A stretch of 64,000 bases of DNA from assembly GCA_964057225.1 (NCBI GenBank), contig OZ059897.1, forward strand, positions 3,348,001-3,412,000, written 5' to 3'. Below are positions 1-12,999 of this stretch, in pieces. Every line of letters starts with the position of its first letter. Position 1 is the stretch's first letter. A program made the position numbers and the translations under genes. The DNA comes from Auanema rhodensis (lineage: Eukaryota; Animalia; Nematoda). Below the pieces are notes generated by a model. The model saw nothing but the letters and a program-made list of their open reading frames with translations, was not told the origin of the DNA and did not search any database.

Positions 1-36
1 TTCGGGAAAATTTTTGTCAAAATGTTTTTGGAAGCA

Positions 37-78
37 ATGTTGAGTGTACATGGGAACTCAACATACACTAATGCATTA
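37..78. repeat. Perfect 9-bp inverted repeat plus adjacent 10-bp palindrome (in nearly every monomer)
   Basis: atgttgagt (37-45) pairs with actcaacat (56-64) across a 10-nt spacer. taatgcatta (69-78) is self-complementary. Confidence 0.9.
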
Positions 79-147
79 TTTTTCAAACGATCATAACTTA
101 TTTTTGTATAGAGCGTTTCTCAATGTAGTATAATGCATTCGATGCGG

Positions 148-198
148 ATTTTTAAGCTGCGTCGATCTGTGTTATCAGATTTGAGCTAGCTTAAAAAT
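148..198. repeat. Largest intra-monomer inverted repeat (shown for monomer 1; present in non-deleted monomers with some SNP variation)
   Basis: atttttaagct (148-158) is the exact reverse complement of agcttaaaaat (188-198). An inner pair atctg/cagat flanks the 6-nt loop tgttat. Confidence 0.9.
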
Positions 199-3100
199 GC
201 ACCGAGATATCAACTGATATATGTTCACACTTATATCCTCGATTTTCACCCTGAAGAAATGATTTTTTGGTTGAAAAACATTGTCCATCGTCTTCGTCTT
301 GAAAAAAGGAATCTAAAAACATCTACTTTTTGTGAAATTATTTGGAAATTTTTCGGGAAAATTTTTGTCAAAATGTTTTTGGAAGCAATGTTGAGTGTAC
401 ATGGGAACTCAACATACACTAATGCATTATTTTTCAAACGATCATAACTAATTTTTGTATAAAGCGTTTCTTAATGTAGTATAGTGCATTCGATGCGGAT
501 TTTTAAGCTGCGTCGATCTGTGTTATCAGATTTGAGTTAGCTTAAAAATGCACCGAGATATCAACTGATATATGTTCACACTTATATCCTCGATTTTCAA
601 CCTGAAGAAATGATTTTTTCGTTGAAAAAACATTGTCCATCGTCTTTGCCTTGAAAAAAGGAATCTAAAAACATCTACTTTTTGTGAAATTATTTAGAAA
701 TTTTTCGGGAAAATTTTTGTCAAAATGTTTTTGGAAGCAATGTTGAGTGTACATGGGAACTCAACATACACTAATGCATTATTTTTCAAACGATCATAAC
801 TTATTTTTGTATAGAGCGTTTCTCGATGTAGTATAGTGCATTCGATGCGGATTTTTAAGCTGCGTTGATCTGTGTTATCAGATTTGAGTTAAATTAAAAA
901 TGCACCGAGATATCAACTGATATAGGTTCACACTTATATCCTCGATTTTCACCCTGAAGAAATGATTTTTTCGTTGAAAAACATTGTCCATCGTCTTTGT
1001 CATGAAAAAAGGAATCTAAAAACATCTACTTTTTGTGAAATTATTCAGAAAATTTTCGGGAAAATTTTTGTCAAAATGTTTTTGGAAGCAATGTTGAGTG
1101 TACATGGGAACTCAACATACACTAATGCATTATTTTTCAAACGATCATAACTAATTTTTGTAAATAGCGTTTCTCAAGGTAGTATAGTGCATTCGATGCG
1201 GATTTTTAAGCTGCGTCGATCTGTGTTATCAGATTTGAGCTAGCTTAAAAATGCACCGAGATATCAACTGATATATGTTCACACTTATATCCTCGATTTT
1301 CACCCTGAAGAAATGATTTTTTGGTTGAAAAACATTGTCCATCGTCTTCGTCTTGAAAAAAGGAATCTAAAAACATCTACTTTTTGTGAAATTATTTAGA
1401 AATTTTTCGGGAAAATTTTTGTCAAAATGTTTTTGGAAGCAATGTTGGGTGTACATGGGAACTCAACATACACTAATGCATTATTTTTCAAACGATCATA
1501 ACTAATTTTTGTATAAAGCGTTTCTTAATGTAGTATAGTGCATTCGATGCGGATTTTTAAGCTGCGTCGATCTGTGTTATCAGATTTGAGTTAGCTTAAA
1601 AATGCACCGAGATATCAACTGATATATGTTCACACTTATATCCTCGATTTTCACCCTGAAGAAATGATTTTTTCGTTGAAAAAACATTGTCCATCGTCTT
1701 TGCCTTGAAAAAAGGAATCTAAAAACATCTACTTTTTGTGAAATTATTTAGAAATTTTTCGGGAAAATTTTTGTCAAAATGTTTTTGGAAGCAATGTTGA
1801 GTGTACATGGGAACTCAACATACACTAATGCATTATTTTTCAAACGATCATAACTTATTTTTGTATAGAGCCTTTCTCAATGTAGTATAGTGCATTCGAT
1901 GCGGATTTTTAAGCTGCGTCGATCTGTGTTATCCGATTTGAGCTAGCTTGAAAATGTACCGAGATATCAACTGATATATGTTCACACTTATATCCTCGAT
2001 TTTCACCCTGAAGAATTTATTTTTTCGTTGAATAACATTGTCCATCGTCTTCGCCTTGAAAGAAGGAATCTAAAAACATCTACTTTTTGTGAAATTATTC
2101 AGAAATTTTTCGGGAAAATTTTTGTCAAAATGTTTTTGGAAGCAATGTTGAGTGTACATGGGAACTCAGCATACACTAATGCATTATTTTTCAAACGATA
2201 ATAACTAATTTTTGTATAGAGCGTTTCTTAATGTAGTATAGTGCATTCGATGCGGATTTTTAAGTTGCGTTGATCTGTGTTATCAGATTTGAGTTAGCTT
2301 AAAAATGCACCGAGATATCAACTGATATATGTTCACACTTATATCCTCGATTTTCACCCTGAAGAAATGATTTTTTCGTTGAATAACATTGTCCATCATC
2401 TTCGTCTTGAAAAAAGGAATCTAAAAACATCTACTTTTTGTGAAATTATTTAGAAATTTTTCGGGAAAATTTTTGTCAAAATGTTTTTGGAAGCAATGTT
2501 GAGTGTACATGGGAACTCAACATACACTAATGCATTATTTTTCAAACGATCATAACTAATTTTTGTAAATAGCGTTTCTCGATGTAGTATACTGCATTCG
2601 ATGCGGATTTTTAAGCTGCGTTGATCTGTGTTATCAGATTTGAGTTAACTTAAAAATGCACCGAGATATCAACTGATATAGGTTCACACATATATCCTCG
2701 ATTTTCACCCTGAAGAAATGATTTTTTCGTTGAAAAACATTGTCCATCGTCTTCGTCATGAAAAAAGGAATCTAAAAACATCTACTTTTTGTGAAATTAT
2801 TCAGAAAATTTTCGGGAAAATTTTTGTCAAAATGTTTTTGGAAGCAATGTTGAGTGTACATGGGAACTCAACATACACTAATGCATTATTTTTCAAACGA
2901 TCATAACTAATTTTTGTAAATAGCGTTTCTCAAGGTAGTATAGTGCATTCGATGCGGATTTTTAAGCTGCGTCGATCTGTGTTATCAGATTTGAGCTAGC
3001 TTAAAAATGCACCGCGATATCAACTGATATATGTTCACACTTATATCCTCGATTTTCACCCTGAAGAAATGATTTTTTGGTTGAAAAACATTGTCCATCG

Positions 3101-6100
3101 TCTTCGTCTTGAAAAAAGGAATCTAAAAACATCTACTTTTTGTGAAATTATCTAGAAATTTTTCGGGAAAATTTTTGTCAAAATGTTTTTGGAAGCAATG
3201 TTGAGTGTACATGGGAACTCAACATACACTAATGCATTATTTTTCAAACGATCATAACTAATTTTTGTATAAAGCGTTTCTTAATGTAGTATAGTGCATT
3301 CGATGCGGATTTTTAAGCTGCGTCGATCTGTGTTATCAGATTTGAGTTAGCTTAAAAATGCACCGAGATATCAACTGATATATGTTCACACTTATATCCT
3401 CGATTTTCACCCTGAAGAAATGATTTTTTCGTTGAAAAAACATTGTCCATCGTCTTTGCCTTGAAAAAAGGAATCTAAAAACATCTACTTTTTGTGAAAT
3501 TATTTAGAAATTTTTCGGGAAAATTTTTGTCAAAATGTTTTTGGAAGCAATGTTGAGTGTACATGGGAACTCAACATACACTAATGCATTATTTTTCAAA
3601 CGATCATAACTTATTTTTGTATAGAGCGTTTCTCAATGTAGTATAGTGCATTCGATGCGGATTTTTAAGCTGCGTCGATCTGTGTTATCCGATTTGAGCT
3701 AGCTTGAAAATGTACCGAGATATCAACTGATATAGGTTCACACTTATATCCTCGATTTTCACCCTGAAGAAATGATTTTTTCGTTGAAAAACATTGTCCA
3801 TCGTCTTCGTCATGAAAAAAGGAATCTAAAAACATATACTTTTTGTGAAATTATTCAGAAAATTTTCGGGAAAATTTTTGTCAAAATGTTTTTGGAAGCA
3901 ATGTTGAGTGTACATGGGAACTCAGCATACACTAATGCATTATTTTTCAAACGATAATAACTAATTTTTGTATAGAGCGTTTCTTAATGTAGTAAAGTGC
4001 ATTTGATGCGGATTTTTAAGCTGTGTCGATCTGTGTTATCAGATTTGAGTTAGCTTAAAAATGCACCGAGATATCAACTGATATATGTTCACACTTATAT
4101 CCTCGATTTTCACCCTGAAGAAATGATTTTTTCGTTGAAAAAACATTGTCCATCGTCTTTGCCTTGAAAAAAGGAATCTAAAAACATCTACTTTTTGTGA
4201 AATTATTCAGAAATTTTTCGGGAAAATTTTTGTCAAAATGTTTTTGGAAGCAATGTTGAGTGTACATGGGAACTCAACATACACTAATGCATTATTTTTC
4301 AAACGATCATAACTTATTTTTGTATAGAGCGTTTCTCAATGTAGTATAGTGCATTCGATGCGGATTTTTAAGCTGCGTCGATCTGTGTTATCAGATTTGA
4401 GTTAGCTTAAAAATGCACCGAGATATCAACTGATATATGTTCACACTTATATCCTCGATTTTCACCCTGAAGAAATGATTTTTTCGTTGAAAAAACATTG
4501 TCCATCGTCTTTGCCTTGAAAAAAGGAATCTAAAAACATCTACTTTTTGTGAAATTATTTAGAAATTTTTCGGGAAAATTTTTGTCAAAATGTTTTTGGA
4601 AGCAATGTTGAGTGTACATGGGAACTCAACATACACTAATGCATTATTTTTCAAACGATCATAACTAATTTTTGTAAATAGCGTTTCTCGATGTAGTATA
4701 GTGCATTCGATGCGGATTTTTAAGCTGCGTTGATCTGTGTTATCAGATTTGAGCTAGCTTAAAAATGCACCGAGATATCAACTGATATATGTTCACACTT
4801 ATATCCTCGATTTTCACCCTGAAGAAATGATTTTTTGGTTGAAAAACATTGTCCATCGTCTTCGTCTTGAAAAAAGGAATCTAAAAACATCTACTTTTTG
4901 TGAAATTATTTAGAAATTTTTCGGGAAAATTTTTGTCAAAATGTTTTTGGAAGCAATGTTGGGTGTACATGGGAACTCAACATACACTAATGCATTATTT
5001 TTCAAACGATCATAACTTATTTTTGTATAGAGCGTTTCTTAATGTAGTATAGTGCATTCGATGCGGATTTTTAAGCTGCGTCGATCTGTGTTATCAGATT
5101 TGAGTTAGCTTAAAAATGCACCGAGATATCAACTGATATATGTTCACACTTATATCCTCGATTTTCACCCTGAAGAAATGATTTTTTCGTTGAAAAAACA
5201 TTGTCCATCGTCTTTGCCTTGAAAAAAGGAATCTAAAAACATCTACTTTTTGTGAAATTATTTAGAAATTTTTCGGGAAAATTTTTGTCAAAATGTTTTT
5301 GGAAGCAATGTTGAGTGTACATGGGAACTCAACATACACTAATGCATTATTTTTCAAACGATCATAACTAATTTTTGTAAATAGCGTTTCTCGATGTAGT
5401 ATAGTGCATTCGATGCGGATTTTTAAGCTGCGTTGATCTGTGTTATCAGATTTGAGCTAGCTTAAAAATGCACCGAGATATCAACTGATATATGTTCACA
5501 CTTATATCCTCGATTTTCACCCTGAAGAAATGATTTTTTGGTTGAAAAACATTGTCCATCGTCTTCGTCTTGAAAAAAGGAATCTAAAAACATCTACTTT
5601 TTGTGAAATTATTTAGAAATTTTTCGGGAAAATTTTTGTCAAAATGTTTTTGGAAGCAATGTTGGGTGTACATGGGAACTCAACATACACTAATGCATTA
5701 TTTTTCAAACGATCATAACTAATTTTTGTATAAAGCGTTTCTTAATGTAGTATAGTGCATTCGATGCGGATTTTTAAGCTGCGTCGATCTGTGTTATCAG
5801 ATTTGAGTTAGCTTAAAAATGCACCGAGATATCAACTGATATATGTTCACACTTATATCCTCGATTTTCACCCTGAAGAAATGATTTTTTCGTTGAAAAA
5901 ACATTGTCCATCGTCTTTGCCTTGAAAAAAGGAATCTAAAAACATCTACTTTTTGTGAAATTATTTAGAAATTTTTCGGGAAAATTTTTGTCAAAATGTT
6001 TTTGGAAGCAATGTTGAGTGTACATGGGAACTCAACATACACTAATGCATTATTTTTCAAACGATCATAACTTATTTTTGTATAGAGCGTTTCTCAATGT

Positions 6101-7059
6101 AGTATAGTGCATTCGATGCGGATTTTTAAGCTGCGTCGATCTGTGTTATCCGATTTGAGCTAGCTTGAAAATGTACCGAGATATCAACTGATATATGTTC
6201 ACACTTATATCCTCGATTTTCACCCTGAAGAATTTATTTTTTCGTTGAATAACATTGTCCATCGTCTTCGCCTTGAAAGAAGGAATCTAAAAACATCTAC
6301 TTTTTGTGAAATTATTCAGAAATTTTTCGGGAAAATTTTTGTCAAAATGTTTTTGGAAGCAATGTTGAGTGTACATGGGAACTCAACATACACTAATGCA
6401 TTATTTTTCAAACGATCATAACTTATTTTTGTAAATAGCGTTTCTCGATGTAGTATAGTGCATTCGATGCGGATTTTTAAGCTGCGTTGATCTGTGTTAT
6501 CAGATTTGAGTTAACTTAAAAATGCACCGAGATATCAACTGATATAGGTTCACACTTATATCCTCGATTTTCACCCTGAAGAAATGATTTTTTCGTTGAA
6601 AAACATTGTCCATCGTCTTCGTCATGAAAAAAGGAATCTAAAAACATCTACTTTTTGTGAAATTATTCAGAAAATTTTCGGGAAAATTTTTGTCAAAATG
6701 TTTTTGGAAGCAATGTTGAGTGTACATGGGAACTCAACATACACTAATGCATTATTTTTCAAACGATCATAACTAATTTTTGTAAATAGCGTTTCTCAAG
6801 GTAGTATAGTGCATTCGATGCGGATTTTTAAGCTGCGTCGATCTGTGTTATCAGATTTGAGCTAGCTTAAAAATGCACCGCGATATCAACTGATATATGT
6901 TCACACTTATATCCTCGATTTTCACCCTGAAGAAATGATTTTTTGGTTGAAAAACATTGTCCATCGTCTTCGTCTTGAAAAAAGGAATCTAAAAACATCT
7001 ACTTTTTGTGAAATTATTTAGAAATTTTTCGGGAAAATTTTTGTCAAAATGTTTTTGGA

Positions 7060-9230
7060 AGCAATGTTGAGTGTACATGGGAACTCAACATACACTAATG
7101 CATTATTTTTCAAACGATCATAACTAATTTTTGTATAAAGCGTTTCTTAATGTAGTATAGTGCATTCGATGCGGATTTTTAAGCTGCGTCGATCTGTGTT
7201 ATCAGATTTGAGTTAGCTTAAAAATGCACCGAGATATCAACTGATATATGTTCACACTTATATCCTCGATTTTCACCCTGAAGAAATGATTTTTTCGTTG
7301 AAAAACATTGTCCATCGTCTTCGTCATGAAAAAAGGAATCTAAAAACATATACTTTTTGTGAAATTATTCAGAAAATTTTCGGGAAAATTTTTGTCAAAA
7401 TGTTTTTGGAAGCAATGTTGAGTGTACATGGGAACTCAGCATACACTAATGCATTATTTTTCAAACGATAATAACTAATTTTTGTATAGAGCGTTTCTTA
7501 ATGTAGTAAAGTGCATTCGATGCGGATTTTTAAGCTGTGTCGATCTGTGTTATCAGATTTGAGTTAGCTTAAAAATGCACCGAGATATCAACTGATATAT
7601 GTTCACACTTATATCCTCGATTTTCACCCTGAAGAAATGATTTTTTCGTTGAAAAAACATTGTCCATCGTCTTTGCCTTGAAAAAAGGAATCTAAAAACA
7701 TCTACTTTTTGTGAAATTATTTAGAAATTTTTCGGGAAAATTTTTGTCAAAATGTTTTTGGAAGCAATGTTGAGTGTACATGGGAACTCAACATACACTA
7801 ATGCATTATTTTTCAAACGATCATAACTTATTTTTGTATAGAGCGTTTCTCAATGTAGTATAGTGCATTCGATGCGGATTTTTAAGCTGCGTCGATCTGT
7901 GTTATCAGATTTGAGTTAACTTAAAAATGCACCGAGATATCAACTGATATAGGTTCACACTTATATCCTCGATTTTCACCCTGAAGAAATGATTTTTTCG
8001 TTGAAAAACATTGTCCATCGTCTTCGTCATGAAAAAAGGAATCTAAAAACATATACTTTTTGTGAAATTATTCAGAAAATTTTCGGGAAAATTTTTGTCA
8101 AAATGTTTTTGGAAGCAATGTTGAGTGTACATGGGAACTCAACATACACTAATGCATTATTTTTCAAACGATCATAACTAATTTTTGTATAAAGCGTTTC
8201 TTAATGTAGTATAGTGCATTCGATGCGGATTTTTAAGCTGCGTCGATCTGTGTTATCAGATTTGAGTTAGCTTAAAAATGCACCGAGATATCAACTGATA
8301 TATGTTCACACTTATATCCTCGATTTTCACCCTGAAGAAATGATTTTTTCGTTGAAAAACATTGTCCATCGTCTTCGTCATGAAAAAAGGAATCTAAAAA
8401 CATATACTTTTTGTGAAATTATTCAGAAAATTTTCGGGAAAATTTTTGTCAAAATGTTTTTGGAAGCAATGTTGAGTGTACATGGGAACTCAGCATACAC
8501 TAATGCATTATTTTTCAAACGATAATAACTAATTTTTGTATAGAGCGTTTCTTAATGTAGTAAAGTGCATTCGATGCGGATTTTTAAGCTGTGTCGATCT
8601 GTGTTATCAGATTTGAGTTAGCTTAAAAATGCACCGAGATATCAACTGATATATGTTCACACTTATATCCTCGATTTTCACCCTGAAGAAATGATTTTTT
8701 CGTTGAAAAAACATTGTCCATCGTCTTTGCCTTGAAAAAAGGAATCTAAAAACATCTACTTTTTGTGAAATTATTTAGAAATTTTTCGGGAAAATTTTTG
8801 TCAAAATGTTTTTGGAAGCAATGTTGAGTGTACATGGGAACTCAACATACACTAATGCATTATTTTTCAAACGATCATAACTTATTTTTGTATAGAGCGT
8901 TTCTCAATGTAGTATAGTGCATTCGATGCGGATTTTTAAGCTGCGTCGATCTGTGTTATCAGATTTGAGTTAACTTAAAAATGCACCGAGATATCAACTG
9001 ATATAGGTTCACACTTATATCCTCGATTTTCACCCTGAAGAAATGATTTTTTCGTTGAAAAACATTGTCCATCGTCTTCGTCATGAAAAAAGGAATCTAA
9101 AAACATATACTTTTTGTGAAATTATTCAGAAAATTTTCGGGAAAATTTTTGTCAAAATGTTTTTGGAAGCAATGTTGAGTGTACATGGGAACTCAACATA
9201 CACTAATGCATTATTTTTCAAACGATCATA
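7060..9230. repeat. Local 3-monomer tandem duplication (period 1054 bp); boundaries approximate
   Basis: Identical ORF variants lie at 7286/8340 and 7989/9043, both 1054 apart. The two copies also share the gctgtgtcg and ctcagcat variants. Confidence 0.8.
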
Positions 9231-9299
9231 ACTTATTTTTGTATAGAGCGTTTCTCAATGTAGTATAGTGCATTCGATGCGGATTTTTAAGCTGCGTCG

Positions 9300-11410
9300 A
9301 TCTGTGTTATCAGATTTGAGTTAACTTAAAAATGCACCGAGATATCAACTGATATAGGTTCACACTTATATCCTCGATTTTCACCCTGAAGAATTTATTT
9401 TTTCGTTGAATAACATTGTCCATCGTCTTCGACTTGAAAGAAGGAATCTAAAAACATCTACTTTTTGTGAAATTATTCAGAAATTTTTCGGGAAAATTTT
9501 TGTCAAAATGTTTTTGGAAGCAATGTTGAGTGTACATGGGAACTCAACATACACTAATGCATTATTTTTCAAACGATCATAACTTATTTTTGTATAGAGC
9601 GTTTCTCAATGTAGTATAGTGAATTCGATGCGGATTTTTAAGCTGCGTTGATCTGTGTTATCAGATTTGAGTTAGCTTAAAAATGCACCGAGATATCAAC
9701 TGATATATGTTCACACTTATATCCTCGATTTTCACCCTGAAGAAATGATTTTTTCGTTGAAAAAACATTGTCCATCGTCTTTGCCTTGAAAAAAGGAATC
9801 TAAAAACATCTACTTTTTGTGAAATTATTTAGAAATTTTTCGGGAAAATTTTTGTCAAAATGTTTTTGGAAGCAATGTTGAGTGTACATGGGAACTCAAC
9901 ATACACTAATGCATTATTTTTCAAACGATAATAACTAATTTTTGTATAGAGCGCTTCTTAATGTAGTAAAGTGCATTCGATGCGGATTTTTAAGCTGCGT
10001 CGATCTGTGTTATCAGATTTGAGTTAGCTTAAAAATGCACCGAGATATCAACTGATATATGTTCACACTTATATCCTCGATTTTCACCCTGAAGAAATGA
10101 TTTTTTCGTTGAAAAAACATTGTCCATCGTCTTTGCCTTGAAAAAAGGAATCTAAAAACATCTACTTTTCGTGAAATTATTTAGAAATTTTTCGGGAAAA
10201 TTTTTGTCAAAATGTTTTTGGAAGCAATGTTGAGTGTACATGGGAACTCAACATACACTAATGCATTATTTTTCAAACGATAATAACTAATTTTTGTATA
10301 GAGCGTTTCTTAATGTAGTAAAGTGCATTCGATGCGGATTTTTAAGCTGCGTCGATCTGTGTTATCAGATTTGAGTTAACTTAAAAATGCACCGAGATAT
10401 CAACTGATATAGGTTCACACTTATATCCTCGATTTTCACCCTGAAGAATTTATTTTTTCGTTGAATAACATTGTCCATCGTCTTCGACTTGAAAGAAGGA
10501 ATCTAAAAACATCTACTTTTTGTGAAATTATTCAGAAATTTTTCGGGAAAATTTTTGTCAAAATGTTTTTGGAAGCAATGTTGAGTGTACATGGGAACTC
10601 AACATACACTAATGCATTATTTTTCAAACGATCATAACTTATTTTTGTATAGAGCGTTTCTCAATGTAGTATAGTGAATTCGATGCGGATTTTTAAGCTG
10701 CGTTGATCTGTGTTATCAGATTTGAGTTAGCTTAAAAATGCACCGAGATATCAACTGATATATGTTCACACTTATATCCTCGATTTTCACCCTGAAGAAA
10801 TGATTTTTTCGTTGAAAAAACATTGTCCATCGTCTTTGCCTTGAAAAAAGGAATCTAAAAACATCTACTTTTTGTGAAATTATTTAGAAATTTTTCGGGA
10901 AAATTTTTGTCAAAATGTTTTTGGAAGCAATGTTGAGTGTACATGGGAACTCAACATACACTAATGCATTATTTTTCAAACGATAATAACTAATTTTTGT
11001 ATAGAGCGCTTCTTAATGTAGTAAAGTGCATTCGATGCGGATTTTTAAGCTGCGTCGATCTGTGTTATCAGATTTGAGTTAGCTTAAAAATGCACCGAGA
11101 TATCAACTGATATATGTTCACACTTATATCCTCGATTTTCACCCTGAAGAAATGATTTTTTCGTTGAAAAAACATTGTCCATCGTCTTTGCCTTGAAAAA
11201 AGGAATCTAAAAACATCTACTTTTCGTGAAATTATTTAGAAATTTTTCGGGAAAATTTTTGTCAAAATGTTTTTGGAAGCAATGTTGAGTGTACATGGGA
11301 ACTCAACATACACTAATGCATTATTTTTCAAACGATAATAACTAATTTTTGTATAGAGCGTTTCTTAATGTAGTAAAGTGCATTCGATGCGGATTTTTAA
11401 GCTGCGTCGA
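9300..11410. repeat. Local 3-monomer tandem duplication (period 1055 bp); boundaries approximate
   Basis: Rare SNPs repeat exactly 1055 bp apart: 9432/10487 (cgactt), 9622/10677 (gaattc), 9954/11009 (gcgctt) and 10170/11225 (ttttcgtg). Confidence 0.9.
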
Positions 11411-12999
11411 TCTGTGTTATCAGATTTGAGTTAGCTTAAAAATGCACCGAGATATCAACTGATATAGGTTCACACTTATATCCTCGATTTTCACCCTGAA
11501 GAATTTATTTTTTCGTTGAATAACATTGTCCATCGTCTTCGCCTTGAAAGAAGGAATCTAAAAACATCTACTTTTTGTGAAATTATTCAGAAATTTTTCG
11601 GGAAAATTTTTGTCAAAATGTTTTTGGAAGCAATGTTGAGTGTACATGGGAACTCAACATACACTAATGCATTATTTTTCAAACGATCATAACTTATTTT
11701 TGTATAGAGCGTTTCTCAATGTAGTATAGTGCATTCGATGCGGATTTTTAAGCTGCGTCGATCTGTGTTATCAGATTTGAGTTAACTTAAAAATGCACCG
11801 AGATATCAACTGATATAGGTTCACACTTATATCCTCGATTTTCACCCTGAAGAATTTATTTTTTCGTTGAATAACATTGTCCATCGTCTTCGTCATGAAA
11901 AAAGGAATCTAAAAACATCTACTTTTTGTGAAATTATTCAGAAATTTTTCGGGAAAATTTTTGTCAAAATGTTTTTGGAAGCAATGTTGAGTGTACATGG
12001 GAACTCAACATACACTAATGCATTATTTTTCAAACGATCATAACTAATTTTTGTAAATAGCGTTTCTCGATGTAGTATAGTGCATTCGATGCGGATTTTT
12101 AAGCTGCGTTGATCTGTGTTATCAGATTTGAGCTAGCTTAAAAATGCACCGAGATATCAACTGATATATGTTCACACTTATATCCTCGATTTTCACCCTG
12201 AAGAAATGATTTTTTGGTTGAAAAACATTGTCCATCGTCTTCGTCTTGAAAAAAGGAATCTAAAAACATCTACTTTTTGTGAAATTATTTAGAAATTTTT
12301 CGGGAAAATTTTTGTCAAAATGTTTTTGGAAGCAATGTTGGGTGTACATGGGAACTCAACATACACTAATGCATTATTTTTCAAACGATCATAACTTATT
12401 TTTGTATAGAGCGTTTCTTAATGTAGTATAGTGCATTCGATGCGGATTTTTAAGCTGCGTCGATCTGTGTTATCAGATTTGAGTTAGCTTAAAAATGCAC
12501 CGAGATATCAACTGATATATGTTCACACTTATATCCTCGATTTTCACCCTGAAGAAATGATTTTTTGGTTGAAAAACATTGTCCATCGTCTTCGTCTTGA
12601 AAAAAGGAATCTAAAAACATCTACTTTTTGTGAAATTATTTAGAAATTTTTCGGGAAAATTTTTGTCAAAATGTTTTTGGAAGCAATGTTGAGTGTACAT
12701 GGGAACTCAACATACACTAATGCATTATTTTTCAAACGATCATAACTTATTTTTGTATAGAGCGTTTCTCAATGTAGTATAGTGCATTCGATGCGGATTT
12801 TTAAGCTGCGTCGATCTGTGTTATCAGATTTGAGTTAACTTAAAAATGCACCGAGATATCAACTGATATAGGTTCACACTTATATCCTCGATTTTCACCC
12901 TGAAGAAATGATTTTTTCGTTGAAAAACATTGTCCATCGTCTTCGTCATGAAAAAAGGAATCTAAAAACATATACTTTTTGTGAAATTATTCAGAAAAT

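Larger units (their letters stand above)
1..351. repeat. Representative monomer (arbitrary phase)
   Basis: Bases 1-351, with the next copy starting at 352. Hand count gives 53 C and 60 G (~32% GC), 11 CpG and many A/T tracts of 4-6 nt. Confidence 0.97.

Noticed and set aside
37-83. Rho-independent terminator or other prokaryotic regulatory hairpin
   Set aside because: The stem is AT-rich, is not directly followed by a U-tract, has no upstream gene, and sits in satellite DNA.
1-351. Tandem 5S rRNA, tRNA, snRNA or spliced-leader gene unit
   Set aside because: I found no recognisable 5S, tRNA cloverleaf, snRNA or SL sequence. A covariance-model search (Rfam/Infernal) was not run, so a highly divergent RNA cannot be formally excluded.
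1-351. Monomer as an ancient dimer of ~175 bp
   Set aside because: Only short, low-complexity matches (for example aaaatg, ttttca) were seen between the two halves, with no convincing alignment by eye.
2010-2040. Compensatory covariation between atttatt and gaataac in the small hairpin
   Set aside because: Co-occurrence is explained by haplotype linkage. gaataac also occurs with aatgatt (for example 25209 and 27318), so there is no evidence of structural compensation.
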